DNA of 64,000 nt from an uncultured bacterium (GCA_963845185.1 CAWJRG010000009.1:64001-128000); one strand, 5' to 3'. Numbered from the stretch's first letter, positions 19,784 to 33,439 are shown. Notes: generated from the sequence alone by a model not told the origin. Translations and numbers: made by a program.

Positions 19784-22392
19784 ACAGCCACGCCGACTTT
19801 GACAAATACCCTGACGCCGACCGGCACATCGACATATACTTTTACAAGCACGCCGACATATACTATAACAAAAACCACGACGCCGACTTATTCCATTACG
19901 GTTACATACAGCAAAACAGCCACCTATACGCCTACACGGACGGCAACGCCTACAAACACCCCGACAGGGACTCCGACAAAGACATCGACGGTTTCACATA
20001 CATTCACGCCTACAAACACAAAAACATACACTCCGACGCGGACTCCGACAAATACGCCCACAAAAACAAATACCATGACAAGCACGAAGACGCCGACATA
20101 TACGGCTACAAGGACAATCAGCGCGACATATACAGCGACCCCGACAATCACAAAGACAATACCGCCCACGTCAACCGCAACATCCACTATTTCGCCCACG
20201 GCATCGGCTACAAGGACAATCAGCGCCACATACACAAAGACCCCGACGTTTACCCCTACATTCACAATAACTTTAACAAAGACACCGCCACCCACAAGCA
20301 CGCCCACATATACCATAACCGTGACATACACATTCAGTTTCACCGACACGGCGACTTACACCATCACGGACACTCCTACAATAACGCTTACATCCACGGT
20401 TACACCGACATTTACCGTAACTCCGACTTTGACAATGACAAAAACAACCACACCTACATATTCGATAACAATGACCTGGACATTTACTTATACGGCCACG
20501 CCGACAAATACAGAGACAAATACGCCGCTACCCACGCAAACGGCCACGCAGTCGGAGACTTATACGAATACGCCGACATGGACGCCTACAAATACACCGC
20601 CGCCAACAGGTACTCCGACATATACAATAACGGCAACATACACATATTCATTTACGTATACGGCGACAAACACGATAACATCTACGCGGACAATCACGCT
20701 GACAGATACGATAACTCAAACATTTACCATATCCCCAACCCCTTCCCCCAGTCTTACTATCACAGACACATATACAATAACGGCAACGTATACATTCTCA
20801 TATACTTATACAGGCACGCCTACAATTACGATAACTCCTACAATATCACCTACATCATCAATAACGCCCGACTACTCGCCTACGATAACGCTGACAATAA
20901 CTTTGACAAATACGAACAGCCCGACTCCGACAAAGACCAGTGTCCCGCCCGCGCCGACGGCGACAAGTACTGCGTGCGCTATGAGCTGGCAGGATGTGGG
21001 TGCCCAAGATTTTTCCTCGCCTTACACAGCAAATTTTTTATCTTTCGGCATAGATAGCACAACCGGAATACCATATGTGGCGTTTTATGATACTAATGAC
21101 ACTCAGGAAATATTAGTAATGAAATATGTTGCGGGTTCTGGATGGATACAGGTAGGTAATGCGGTAGCATCATTTCAACTAGGTTTTAATAATATGCTCT
21201 CAATATATGTCTATAACGGAACAGCATATGTCGCGTATGTAGATGTATCAGATAATAGTAAAATTACAGTAAAGGAAAATACAGGAGGAAGCAACTGGTC
21301 GGTGGTAGGAACAGCCGATTTTACAAACCAATCTTCAGGAGATATTTGTTTAAGTGGAAATGGCGCGACGCTTTATCTTGTATATCAAGATGGAACGAAT
21401 TCTTATAAAGCAACAGTTTGGGAATATACGGGGGGAAGTACTTGAACCCGTTGGGTACCGCTTCGACTGGGGGAACAACATATATATCTTTATCTGTATC
21501 CAATGGAACGCCGTATGTAGCATATTCAGATGGAACGAATTCAAATAAAGCAACAATAATGGAATATGCAGGAAGCAGCACTTGGACATCATTAGGCACC
21601 GCTTCAACGGGACAGGCAAATTCTGTATCTTTATATGTGTCGGGAGGAGTACCATATGTGGCTTATCAAGACACTTCAAACAATAGTGAAGCAACGGTGA
21701 TGGAATATGCAGGAAGCAATAATTGGACATCGTTAGGAACCGCTTCGACTGGAGGAGCATCGTTTATATCTTTATATGTCTATAATAACACTCCGTATAT
21801 TGTGTATTCAGATAGTAATAACAACAATGAAGCAACGGCGATGGAAAATACAGGAGGAAGCAACTGGTCGGTGGTAGGAAGCGCAGGATTCTCAGGCTCT
21901 TCAGCAGGCCCTACAGAATTTGATTCCTTATATGTCTATAACGGAATACCATATGCGGCGTATCAGGATAATAACGGATTTTCATCAGTAATGGAATATA
22001 GCTGTCCTGGCGGAGCAAGCCCGGGTGTCGTGAAAGCTGCAAGTCTTGTAAAAAATGTATCTACACCTACACCAGAAGCAATGAATATAAACAATACATA
22101 TAATTTCCCGAATCCATGCAGCAGCCAGACAACAATAAGATTCTCTTTGTCTACACCAACTAATGTTAATATCGGGATATACGATATAAATGGACATAAG
22201 ATATGGAGTAAGAGTTTAAGTGAAGCTTCGGTAAACAGCGGCGTAAATTATATTATTTGGAATTTGCGAAACGATCAAGGTATGGAAATATCAAATGGCG
22301 TATATCTTCTCGCTATTCAAGCGGAAGATAAGACTGTAAGAAAAAAAATCGCGGTTATACGGTTAGGAAGATGTAGCACAAAGGCGATGTAG
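19784..22392 (+). pseudogene. 5'-truncated Thr-rich protein with PYVAY propeller and FlgD/T9SS-like tail (ORFs 19739-21445 and 21418-22392 joined by a 1-nt frameshift at about 21444)
   Basis: No signal peptide; the nominal ATG at 19739 lies inside the divergent promoter; adding one G restores EYTGGSTWNPLGTAST matching neighbouring repeats; tail TYNFPNP..KKIAVIR runs on past an out-of-frame TAG at 22364. Confidence 0.7.
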
Positions 22393-22526
22393 AGCTCGTA
22401 TTTGCGAGATAAGGAGCAAAGCCCATTATCTTCTACAACAAATAATTTACCAAATTTTAATGGAAAAAATATTATTTCATGTTAAATTAATAGATAGCAG
22501 TATATAATAATTAAAAGGATAATTTA

Positions 22527-24521
22527 ATGTGGAAAAAATATAAAGATACTATAATATTGCTATTATCTTTAATTGCCATATTTCAATTATATCTTTACAC
22601 CACATTTCCTGCTTTTAAAACTGACGATTCGCCTGAGACAATAACGTCAACATATACGCTCGGCATACAGCACCCGCCCGGATACCCGCTCGACACCCTT
22701 ACCGGAAAAATTTTCACCCTGATACCGTCCGGTAACCTGATGTACAGGAGTAATTTTACTGCGTTGTTTTTCCACATATTAAGCTCAATGTTGATTTTCT
22801 TCTTTGTGCTAAATTGTTTTGCATCAGAAAAAGAGCCGGAACCAAGGGACAAATATTTTGCAGTTTTATCATCGTTATTATATTTTTTATGTTTTACACC
22901 TTTTTCACAGGCTTTGTCAGCCAAAGGAAGTATTTATACCATCAACGCTTTTTTCACTGTCCTATTTTTTTTCGCCCTGTTTAAAATACCGGAATCAAAA
23001 AAATATGCTTATTTTTCGGCGTTTATTTATGGGCTGTCCATGGGCAACCACTGGCAAAGCATGGCTGTTATTTTTCCGGCTATGCTCTTTTACCTTATAA
23101 TGAAACGAAAATACGTGAAATTTAATATTATAATAAAGGGCCTGGTTTTCTTCTTACTCGGAGCATCGGTGTATTTATTTGTGTTTATCAGAAGCTGGAA
23201 TGCTCCGGTTTTCGCATGGGGAGACATAAGGACAATAAAGGATCTATTCTGGCTTATTGGCAGGGAGCAATACAGGTTTGCCGAATCTACACATTCCATA
23301 GCCGATACTTTACGGCTTTTATGGTTTTATCTGGGAAATATACTGGTAAATGAATATATTTTCTATGGTGCACTGCTTTTTATCCCGGGCGCGTATTTCC
23401 TGATAAAAAAACAAAAGTTTGAAGGCGCGGCAATAAGCATGGCGTATTTATGCATATTGGCAGGCATAGTTTTAATTTCAACGCCAAAGCCGACAATCGA
23501 ATGGGTCATAAAGCCGTATTTTACGTCGTCCTATATTTTTATTTCTGTCCTTGTGGCAGCATGCATTTTGGGCCTTATTGGACTTATGAAAAAAAGCACG
23601 GAAAAATCACAAAATAATATATCCTTGGCAGTCATTGCCGCGGTTGTCATATTATCCCTGTTTCACATGCCGGATTATTCAAGAAATTTTATAGGTTATG
23701 ATTACGCGGATAATATAATAAAGACATTACCGGAAGATTCGTTATTTATTGCCGAAGGGGATTTGAATATAAACGGCACTTTATATAAACAGCTTGTTGA
23801 GAAAAAGGAGCTATTGGTTATCAGCCCTCTTTTGCTTGAATACGACTGGTACAGACTGCAGACGGCAAAAAATTATTACGGCAAAATAATAATGACGCCT
23901 AAAGCAGGAAACGGAGTGGAGGATTTACATAATATAATAATGGCAAACAAGAGCAAAAGGATATATTACTCAAATTCATATACAGCAGAATGGCAGAGGC
24001 TTGGGTTTGCGCCTATGGGCATAATCAACAGGGTGTTGACAGGGCAGAAAGATAAAACCGCTGCAAACGGGAACTATTTCCAGATGTATTCCTACAGGGG
24101 CATCATAGGCGATAAAGTAAATTACGACGAGTCCACGGACCTTCTGGCTGTAAAGCATTATTCGTGGAGTTTTATTACCCTGGCGGAAATGCTGAAAAAC
24201 TCCGGGAGCTACGCTGCGGCTGTCAAACTTTACAAATACAGCCAGGTATTTGAACCAAAAGATACGACCCTGGCAAGGATAGGCCTGTGTTATTATAATA
24301 TGAAGGACATGCAGAACGCGGAAACATTCTGGAAAGAGGCAATTGAATTAAACCCTCAAGCCTCTTATGCTTATTCATCCCTCGCTGCCGTTTACTTAAA
24401 CAGGGGAGAAACAGCAAAAGCTATTGAATACGTTGATAACGCCTTAAAATATGACAGCAATAATATAAACGCAGTACAATTGAAGATAATTATTAATAAA
24501 AGACAATCTGTAACGCAATAG
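22527..24521 (+). CDS. DUF2723/TMEM260-like GT-C glycosyltransferase with TPRs, copy 2
   Basis: DDSPE..LGIQHPPGYPL, GLSMGNHW, AEGD; TPR tail; more divergent than copies 1 and 3. Confidence 0.85.
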   Translation: MWKKYKDTIILLLSLIAIFQLYLYTTFPAFKTDDSPETITSTYTLGIQHPPGYPLDTLTGKIFTLIPSGNLMYRSNFTALFFHILSSMLIFFFVLNCFASEKEPEPRDKYFAVLSSLLYFLCFTPFSQALSAKGSIYTINAFFTVLFFFALFKIPESKKYAYFSAFIYGLSMGNHWQSMAVIFPAMLFYLIMKRKYVKFNIIIKGLVFFLLGASVYLFVFIRSWNAPVFAWGDIRTIKDLFWLIGREQYRFAESTHSIADTLRLLWFYLGNILVNEYIFYGALLFIPGAYFLIKKQKFEGAAISMAYLCILAGIVLISTPKPTIEWVIKPYFTSSYIFISVLVAACILGLIGLMKKSTEKSQNNISLAVIAAVVILSLFHMPDYSRNFIGYDYADNIIKTLPEDSLFIAEGDLNINGTLYKQLVEKKELLVISPLLLEYDWYRLQTAKNYYGKIIMTPKAGNGVEDLHNIIMANKSKRIYYSNSYTAEWQRLGFAPMGIINRVLTGQKDKTAANGNYFQMYSYRGIIGDKVNYDESTDLLAVKHYSWSFITLAEMLKNSGSYAAAVKLYKYSQVFEPKDTTLARIGLCYYNMKDMQNAETFWKEAIELNPQASYAYSSLAAVYLNRGETAKAIEYVDNALKYDSNNINAVQLKIIINKRQSVTQ

Positions 24522-24699
24522 GCGTAAGAATACCCCATTTAGGACGAGAGAACCTATGTAAATAAAGAATCTTTTTATTTATAATGTAAAACACTAATCA
24601 AGATGAACTTTAAATAAAAATATAAATCTCAAAGATTTTTAGAGTTTTATTTCTGCACTATACATATCGAGTATACTCACTATGACATCCATTTACCTA

Positions 24700-24728
24700 T
24701 TGACACGAAGGCTTTCTGGATATACAAT
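24700..24728 (+). promoter_or_regulatory. Sigma70-type promoter upstream of the C25 peptidase gene
   Basis: TTGACA-17 nt-TACAAT. Confidence 0.6.
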
Positions 24729-27700
24729 AATGGCCAATGAGTTATACTTTGTTCGAAATCAAGCGACAAAAACGTAAGGAGGTGGCTTTTGTCAAGGGAT
24801 CTGCAAAAAATAAAAAAAACTAAATGGAATAATTATATCTGAATTTGTATCTTATATTCATTAATTAAAATTTCAAAAAAACAGATGTGGGGTGAGCGTA
24901 TGAAAAAAATCATTGCGATTGTAAGTTTGCTTTTTGTATTTTGTTCATTCATGGCTGCGGCGCAGTATACTGTTAAAATCTCGGCGTCAGACATGACGTT
25001 CAAGAAAGTAGGACTTTATGACATAATACAGATGAAGGATGCCGTTTATAATAATTATAAAGAAGGGGAACCATTACTGCCTTTCAAGGTGGTGGAAGTG
25101 GCAATACCGATAGGCAAGAAAGTTTCAAGCGTGGAAGTGGTTTCAACCAGCAAGGAAGAATTAAGCGGCGAATATAACATACTGCCAGTGCAAAATTTTA
25201 AACTTGATGAAAAAGAATTCAATTTTACCGAGGGAAAACCGGAAATTTATAACTCGTCAAAAGCATATCCCGGGTATATTGTGGCAAATCCGCCAATATC
25301 AAAATATGAAGGGCCTTATAATATATGCTCCATATTAATCTCGCCCGTGAAATACATCCCAAAAAAGAAAAAGATAGTTCTTTACACAAGTATTTCGTTT
25401 AATTTAAACTTTGAATCAACGAAAAATCCGGCACCTGTAATCAATAAAATGACTACAACCGCGCTGAAAAGGAGAAAAGAGGAAATAAAACTCAGGATCA
25501 TGAATCCGGCCGACCTTGAAAAGTATAAGATAACACCAAAAAGCATAATTAAACCAGTAAAAACATGGAGAAAACATGACCAGACAGGGTTGGCGCAAAC
25601 GTTGGGTATTTTTTCTCCCAAACCTACAATTGATCCGAAAAAAGTCGATGTACCCATAAACGATTATACCGGTTCATATGATTTCGTTATAATAACAAAC
25701 CAGGCATTGGAACCCTCGTTTGAAGAATTTGCCAACTGGAAGATACAAAAAGGAATTACGACAGGTATTTTTACAGTAGACGATCCGGTAAACGGGATTT
25801 ATTACAAAGCAGATGACATAAATGGAAGTGGCCTTAAATTTCCAGGACAAAGCAATGGCGACAATCCGAGCCAAATCAGGGAATTTTTGCAATATATGTG
25901 TTTTAACTCCAACAGCAATAGCGTAGGCGAACTTGAATACGTTTTGTTGGGTGGCGACTTTAAAATAATTCCTCCACGATATACTGCCGTCGACTATTCA
26001 GGAGATGCCCCGTGGGACGCACCGTCAGACTTTTATTATGCCTGCCTGGAGCCGGCTCAATATACATCATCGACTGATACCGGAGACTGGATACTTGACA
26101 ACCCACTAAATTCGGTTTGGCCTACTATTAGGCAGTTAATCAAAACAGATAATGGCGGACCATGTCTTACGCCCACGCCAGATTTGACACCGGGGCATTC
26201 GGCAACATATCACTGCTGGACATGTGATCCGCAAGCGTACAATCAAATGTACTATTTACCCGACACAACAAAAGACAGCGTTGATGTCGTATCTCAGTAT
26301 TTTAGTTTTACAGTTTATGTGTCAAGAGCTCCTGTAACGAGCACTGATGATGTTAATGCATTTTGTACGAAAGCTATGAATTATGAACAAACATTCCCTA
26401 AAGGCCTGGTAAACAACGTACTTAACGATGGGGGACAGCCAATGGAGGAATATGGCGGATGGTCATGGTGGTATAATTATATATATCCATACATATCGCA
26501 GGATCCCAGTTCCAGGTTTGTATGGGAAAATAAATTATCAGAACCTGCGATAATGACAAATCCATATACAGGCGCTACCATATCGTTTATGGAATACTGG
26601 TTGGGTGTTTTTAATTACCCATTACCGCAGGGTCTTTTACCGCCAAATTCCGCATCTGAAGTATTAAATGATTATGAAAATGGTAATGGGGCACTCAACA
26701 ATAATCACGTTGGACAGCATTTATGGTTATCAGAGGGACATGGCGCGTGCGAGTTATGGGGGGCATATGACGCATGTTTTACCCGCGGTTCTATGAATGG
26801 TTTGTATGGAAAAAACACATATGGCATATTAATACTGACGGCCTGCGAAACAGGTGGTTGGGACGAATGCACTGTAAATAATCCACTTGTTGGTTTTATG
26901 AACAATAAAAACGGTGGTGGTATAGGTGCAATCGCTTTTGAAAGAACAAACTCAGGACAGCAGTCGCCAATTTTAAACCCGCAACTTGAAAGTATTTATA
27001 ACCAAAATTTAACATGGAATGGGAATCCCTATTTTGAATTATCAAAATGGTATTATGAAGCACAAAATCTGGTGCTTGCAGAATGGTGGCCTTCAACCAA
27101 TACAAATTTCCAATCTAGTTCAGGAAGCGGTTACAGGTATAATTTTTTAGGCTTTACCCTGATGGGAGACCCGACTTTACAGATATACACGACTGACCCT
27201 AATAATTTTGCCGTGGCTGTAAATAGCCCTGCAACAATAACTGCTGGACAGCAATTTACAGTGCAGATAACAGTGTCAGATGCGGGTACAGGTCTGCCTA
27301 TACAAAATGCAGACGTGTGCGTCATGAAAACGGATGAAATATACATAAATGAGATTAAAACACTCTCAAATGGTACTTATACAAGCGTACCCTTAACCGC
27401 TACAATGAATGGGCAGTTATGGATAACCGTATCGATGCATAATTACATTCCTAATGTGACAAGTATAAATGTGACAGGAGGTTTGACATCCACAAATACA
27501 CCCACGTATACTTATACTCCGACAATAACGTACACTCCCACAATCAGTCCAACGTATACAGATACCCCTACACCAACATCAACGGGATGTGCCATGGGCT
27601 GGCTAAATGTTGGAAGTCCGGGATTTTCTACGGGAACAGCAAATAATACATCATTATTTGTCTATAATAATACGCCATATGTGGCATATAAGGATGTAAC

Positions 27701-30700
27701 TGATTCGAGCAAGGCAACAGTAATGCAATATACAGGAACAACAGGATGGACGGTATTAGGAGCTGGAGATTTTTCAGCAGGCGAAGCGGATTATACATCA
27801 TTATTTGTCTATAACAATATTCCGTATGTGGCATACGATGATATAGTTAATTCAGGAGCGACAGTAATGTCATATACGGCAGGTGCAGGATGGTCAGCAG
27901 TAGGAAGCCTTGGATTTTCAGGAGCGCAGGTATCGTTTACATCATTATATGTCTATAACGATGGAACATCTAATGGAGTACCCTATGTGGCATATATGGA
28001 TACTGGACATACTTCTTATGCATCGGTAATGTCATATACGGCAGGTGCAGGATGGTCAGCAGTAGGAAACCTTGGATTTTCAGGAGGGACAGTAAATGAC
28101 ACTTCTTTATTTGTAGACAAGCAGAATAATTCACCTGTGCCATACGTTGCATATATGGATAATGGTCGCAGCGGGGACGCTACGGTGATGATGTATAATG
28201 GAGTAAGCTGGACAGCATATGGCAGTCCGGGATTTTCAACGGGGCAGGCATGGTTTACATCATTATATGTCTATAATGGAACGCCATACGTTGCATATAG
28301 CGATAATAGTTTAGGTAGTAAAGTGGTAGTTATGAAATATACAGGAAATGGAAGCACGGGATGGACGGCATTAGGAAATTCGTCGGGAATTTCTGCTGGT
28401 GGCGCATACAATATATCATTGTATATCTATAATGGGACACCATATGTAGCATATGGAGATGGAAGTATAGTAAATGGTGTGAATTACGCAACAGTCCAGA
28501 GTTATAATAGTGGTAGTAACTCTTGGTCCTGGTAGGAAACATTGGGTTTTCGGCAGGGGGAACAAATACTGAATCTTTATTTGTTTATAATGGAGCGCCA
28601 TATGTAGCATATGAAGATGGTGGGAACAACAACAAAGCCACTGTTATGAAATATGGTTGTCCTGTAGCAACAACGACAAATACGCCTTCGATTACATTAA
28701 CACAAACTCCAGATTTTACGCCGACAATAACGCAGACAAGTACAATTACACCAACTGCATGCAATGCTGTATGGCAAAATATTGGGAGTCCGGGGTTCTC
28801 GGGAACTGCAGTTAATACGTCGTTATTTGTGTCCAATGGAATGCCATATGTAGCATATGAAGATAACTCTAATTCCGGTAAAGGAACAGTGAAGTACTTT
28901 AACGGGAACTGGACGCAGGAGAGTACGACATTTTCAAATGGTACAGCACAATATCCTTCATTATATATGTCCGGTGGGACGCCTTATGTCGCATTCGTAG
29001 ATGACGCAAATTCAAGTAAGGCAATGGTAAAGAAATATAATGGAAGCTGGAGTTATTTGGGAGGTGCGGTTTCAGATGCTGGTGCACAATATACGGCATT
29101 GTGCATATCCAGTGGGATTCCATATGTAGCATATTCAGATAGTGGAAATTACGGAATGGTGACGGTGAAGTCTTACACATGGGCTGGGTCAGGTGGAAAC
29201 TGGACGCTAGTTGGAAACAGGGATTTTTCAATGGGAGCAGCTGATTATATTTCTTTGTGCGTATATAATGGAACACCCTATGTCGCATATGAAGACATGG
29301 GAGATTACTATAGAACCACGGTCATGAAATATAACGTAAACGGATTAACATGGGCTTATGTAGGACAGCCTGGATTCTCTAAAGCTTCAGTCGCCTTTAC
29401 TTCATTGGGAATAGATAACAACGGAACTCCTTATGTGGCATTCGTGGACAGCCAGGTTAGCGATAAGGCTTCGGTGATGAAATATGACGTAAACGGATTG
29501 ACCTGGGCTTATCTAGGAACCGAAGGAATCTCACCAGGCCCGGTAGCTTACACGTCCATGTTTATGTCGGGCAATACGCCGTATGTAGCATTCCAGGATG
29601 AAACAACAGGAAATTCAAATAAGGAAACAGTCATGAAATATGACGTAAACGGATTAACATGGGCGTATGTAGGAAGCCAGGATTTCTCTGCAGGAGGAAC
29701 ACAATATTCATCTTTGTTTGTGTATAACGGAGTACCATATGTGGCTTACCAAGATGCGTTTAATAATTATGGAGCTACAGTAATGAAATTCGACTGCCCA
29801 CAGCCAACGATGACGATAACGCCTGATTACTCAGCAACAATAACACTTACGTCTACGCCGACTCCTTCAACAACGCCTGATTTCACATTAACTATAACAC
29901 AGACATCAACGCCAACTTTTACATCTACAATTACATTGACATTGACAGATACAACAACATTAACGCCTGCTTACTCGCCTACAAATACGCCTACTCCGTG
30001 TTTCATGACTTGGCAGAATGTTGGTATTCCTGCATTTTCAAATGGAAGAGCAGATTATACATCTTTATTCGTATACGGCAGCGCACCATATGTCGCATAT
30101 GAGGACAGCAACGGCAAAGCAACAGTAATGACTTATAACGGAGTAACATGGACACCCGTAGGAAAAGCAGGATTCTCAGCAGATTCAGCACCGTATATTT
30201 CATTGTTTATAGATAACGGGACAGGTACACCATATGTTGCATATTATGATGGTAATTCCAGCGGCAGGGCAACGGTGATGGATTATGCCGGTGGTTCCGG
30301 TTACAACAATACGGGATGGTCATTCGTAGGAACAGCTGGATTCTCTGCCGGTGAAGCAAACTACACATCCTTATATGTCTATAGCAATACACCATATGTC
30401 GCTTATTCAGATTGGGCATATTCTGAAAGAGCTAGTGTGATGACATACAATGGAGTAAGCTGGACAGCATATGGCACTCAGGGATTTTCGGCAGGCCCGG
30501 CACTATATACATCATTATGCCTGGATAATACAGGAACTCCATATGTAGCATTTTCGGATTATGGAAACGGATATAACGGTAATGCCTCGGTCATGAAATT
30601 TGATACAAATGGTTTAACCTGGGCTTATGTAGGAAACGAAGGTTTCTCGGCTGGGGGAACTGCATTTACATCCTTATATATTTCTGGTGGAACGCCTTAC

Positions 30701-31270
30701 ATAGCATACCAGGATCTGGCAAATTCCAATAGAGCAACAGTCATGACATATACAGGAGTAAGCTGGACAGCAGTAGGGTCGGCAGGATTCTCAAATTCAA
30801 ATGGGGCAGTACAATATACATCATTAAGTATCAGTAATGGAACGCCATATTTGGCATATCAGGATGTTACAAATTCGAATGCAGCTACAGTGATGACGTA
30901 TAATGGAGTAAGCTGGACAGCATTAGGGAAAACAGATTTTTCACCCGGCGGTGCAAATTATACGTCATTGTTTGTGAATAATGGAATACCGTATGTAGCA
31001 TATCAGGATGTCCAGAATAATAATTATGCATCTTTGATGAAATTTGACTGCGGCTCGTCAAATACGCCAACGCTTACGATTACAATGACGCCGACAATAA
31101 CAATCACAGCAACGCCGGCACAGACGATAACCCCGCTGACAAATATGTCATTGTGGTCGAACAGGACAGTAGGCACCGGAAACCTTGGTTCTTATTATGA
31201 CAGGTATCTGCATACGGGAGCATGGATGAAATTTGGGAACAATTACCGAAGTGTGTTTTTGACAGGAGAG

Positions 31271-32546
31271 GTAATATGAAAAGAAGGCACCCCCAGGTAT
31301 AATGGTAACGTGGCGTGTGTTAGCACCCACAACATTAAAAACCTAGGAGGTGCCGTATGTTGTATCTTGGTGTGGACGTGCACAAGAACGTGTCTTATGT
31401 TACAGCGGTGACAAAAGAAGGTCAAGTCAGATTTAGAGGAGCTCTTTCAAACAGGACAGAGGATTTTAAGAAAATGCTGGCTGAGATTGGAGAGGAATGC
31501 GAAGCGGTAATTGAGACAACGTACTGCTGGGGAGTAGTGTACGACCTTTGGAGGAACTCGGCGTAAAGACAAAATTGGCGCATGCGCAGAAGCTGAGAGC
31601 GATAGCGGAAAGCCAGATAAAAAACGATGTAAGGGATTCGGAGATATTGGCCCATTTGTTGAGAGCAAATTTAATACCGGAAGTATATGTGCCGTCGAAG
31701 GAAATAAGGCTTAAGAAGAACATATTAAGAGAGAGGCAATTCCTGGTGAGCACACGGACAGCTGTAAAAAATAGGGTGCACCAGTTATTGACAAGGAACC
31801 ATATAGATACAAGCGTACACAGCGATTTGTTTGGGAAAAAAGGCAGGGACACAATAGAAAGAGTCGAACTGGTAAAAAGCGAACGTGAATTGCTGAACCT
31901 CGAGATGCATTTGGTGGACGAACTTAATACAGGAATAAAGGCAACAGAAAAACTTGCAAAAGAAATGACAGGGAAAGATAGATATGTGGAAATAATAAAG
32001 ACGGTACCTGGATTTGGAGAAGTTCTTTCAAAGGTAGTGGCGTTTGAAATAGTTGATATAAATAGATTCTCTAAGGCAAAACGATTAGCGTCATATGCCG
32101 GATTGGTTCCAAGCGAATATGCGAGTAATAAAACAATACATAGAGGTCCGATAATAAGGCAGGCAAACAAACATTTAAAATGTGCGTTTGTAGAAGCAGC
32201 TTGGACAGCGGTAAGAAGTTCTTTGTATTTTAAATCAATATACTTGAACGTAAAAAGCCGCAGAGGTTCAAACAAGGCAATAATAGCAGTTGCAAGGCAC
32301 ATGGCAGAAAATAATATTTAAAATGCTCAAAGAAAATCGTGGTTATGAAGAAAGGATATATAAAAAATATACTTATAGGCCGCTCTGTTTTCCCCTGAGT
32401 CAGTAAATCTTCTGGGCTGTGGGAGAGGTTAGAGGGCCTTAATTTGATTTGTTATAATGCCGGGTGAAAAGAACTGCGGCGAAGAGAAGGTTAATTAACA
32501 TTTTAGCCCTTATACTTGGATTTGTGCTTGACAAGCCTTTTCAGAG
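31271..32546 (+). mobile_element. IS110-family insertion sequence (IS1111-like ends), 1276 bp
   Basis: AGAG at both junctions (31267-31270, 32543-32546); subterminal inverted repeats TGAAAAG (31277) / CTTTTCA (32537); excision restores the host reading frame. Confidence 0.9.
31357..32406 (+). CDS. IS110 DEDD recombinase/transposase, with two 1-nt frameshifts (about 31547 and 32310)
   Basis: YLGVDVHK, AVIET, KNDVRDS (DEDD); TVPGFG..ASYAGLVPSEYAS; AGGAGG RBS. Confidence 0.88.
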
Positions 32547-33439
32547 AAGGGGAATAACGGTTTGACAAACACGGCGGAATATACCGACGACGGCACCACA
32601 TGGTACGCGAATTTAACTTATACAGGAAATCCGTTCCCGGCAATGCAGGGAGCTGCAATGTGTGCGGACGGCAGTAACTTCTGGATTTTTGGAGGGAAAG
32701 GTTTGGGAGATGTTCAACAGAACGGAATATACAAGTCTGTATCTGGGACTGTATGGGCAGCAGTTACGCCGGTTGCGACATTTACAGTAAGGTCATTCCA
32801 CAAAGCGCTGTATTACAACAATTATTATTATATAATTGCAGGAGACATCGGCGGAGTCAACGGCTTTTTGAAGGATGTTTGGAGGTCACATGATGGTAAG
32901 ACATGGACACAGATAACAAGTAACGCAGCATTCGGAGCCAGGAGACTGTTCGCGGCATTTGTATGGGATAACAGGATGTGGGTTGTAGGAGGAGAAGGTT
33001 CGCCGTCCAACAACGTATGGTGGTCGGTAGACGGGATAACATGGATAGAAACTGCAAGCGCAGGCGGTTATGATAATGCTTATTCATTACAGGGAATAAG
33101 TTATAAGAATGTGCCATATTTATTCACAAGCAGTGGCAATGTCTATGTTGGAACAATGTCTGATCTGAGCAATTGGTCGCAGATAACTACTACCGGTTAT
33201 ACGGATCCGATTAATTTTGCTTGGGTAGGAATAGCCGGCAATACAGGCAATCCGCATATGCTGGTAAGGGGCGGGGGCAACAATATGTGTTGCTCAAACA
33301 TAAATGACGGTACACCGAGTATAACACCGACAAGTACGTATACAAGAACATCTACTCCCACGAATTCGCCTTCGCCAACACGGTCGTTAACAAAGACACC
33401 GTCTGCAACATCTACGAATACACCTACAAGTACGCCAAC

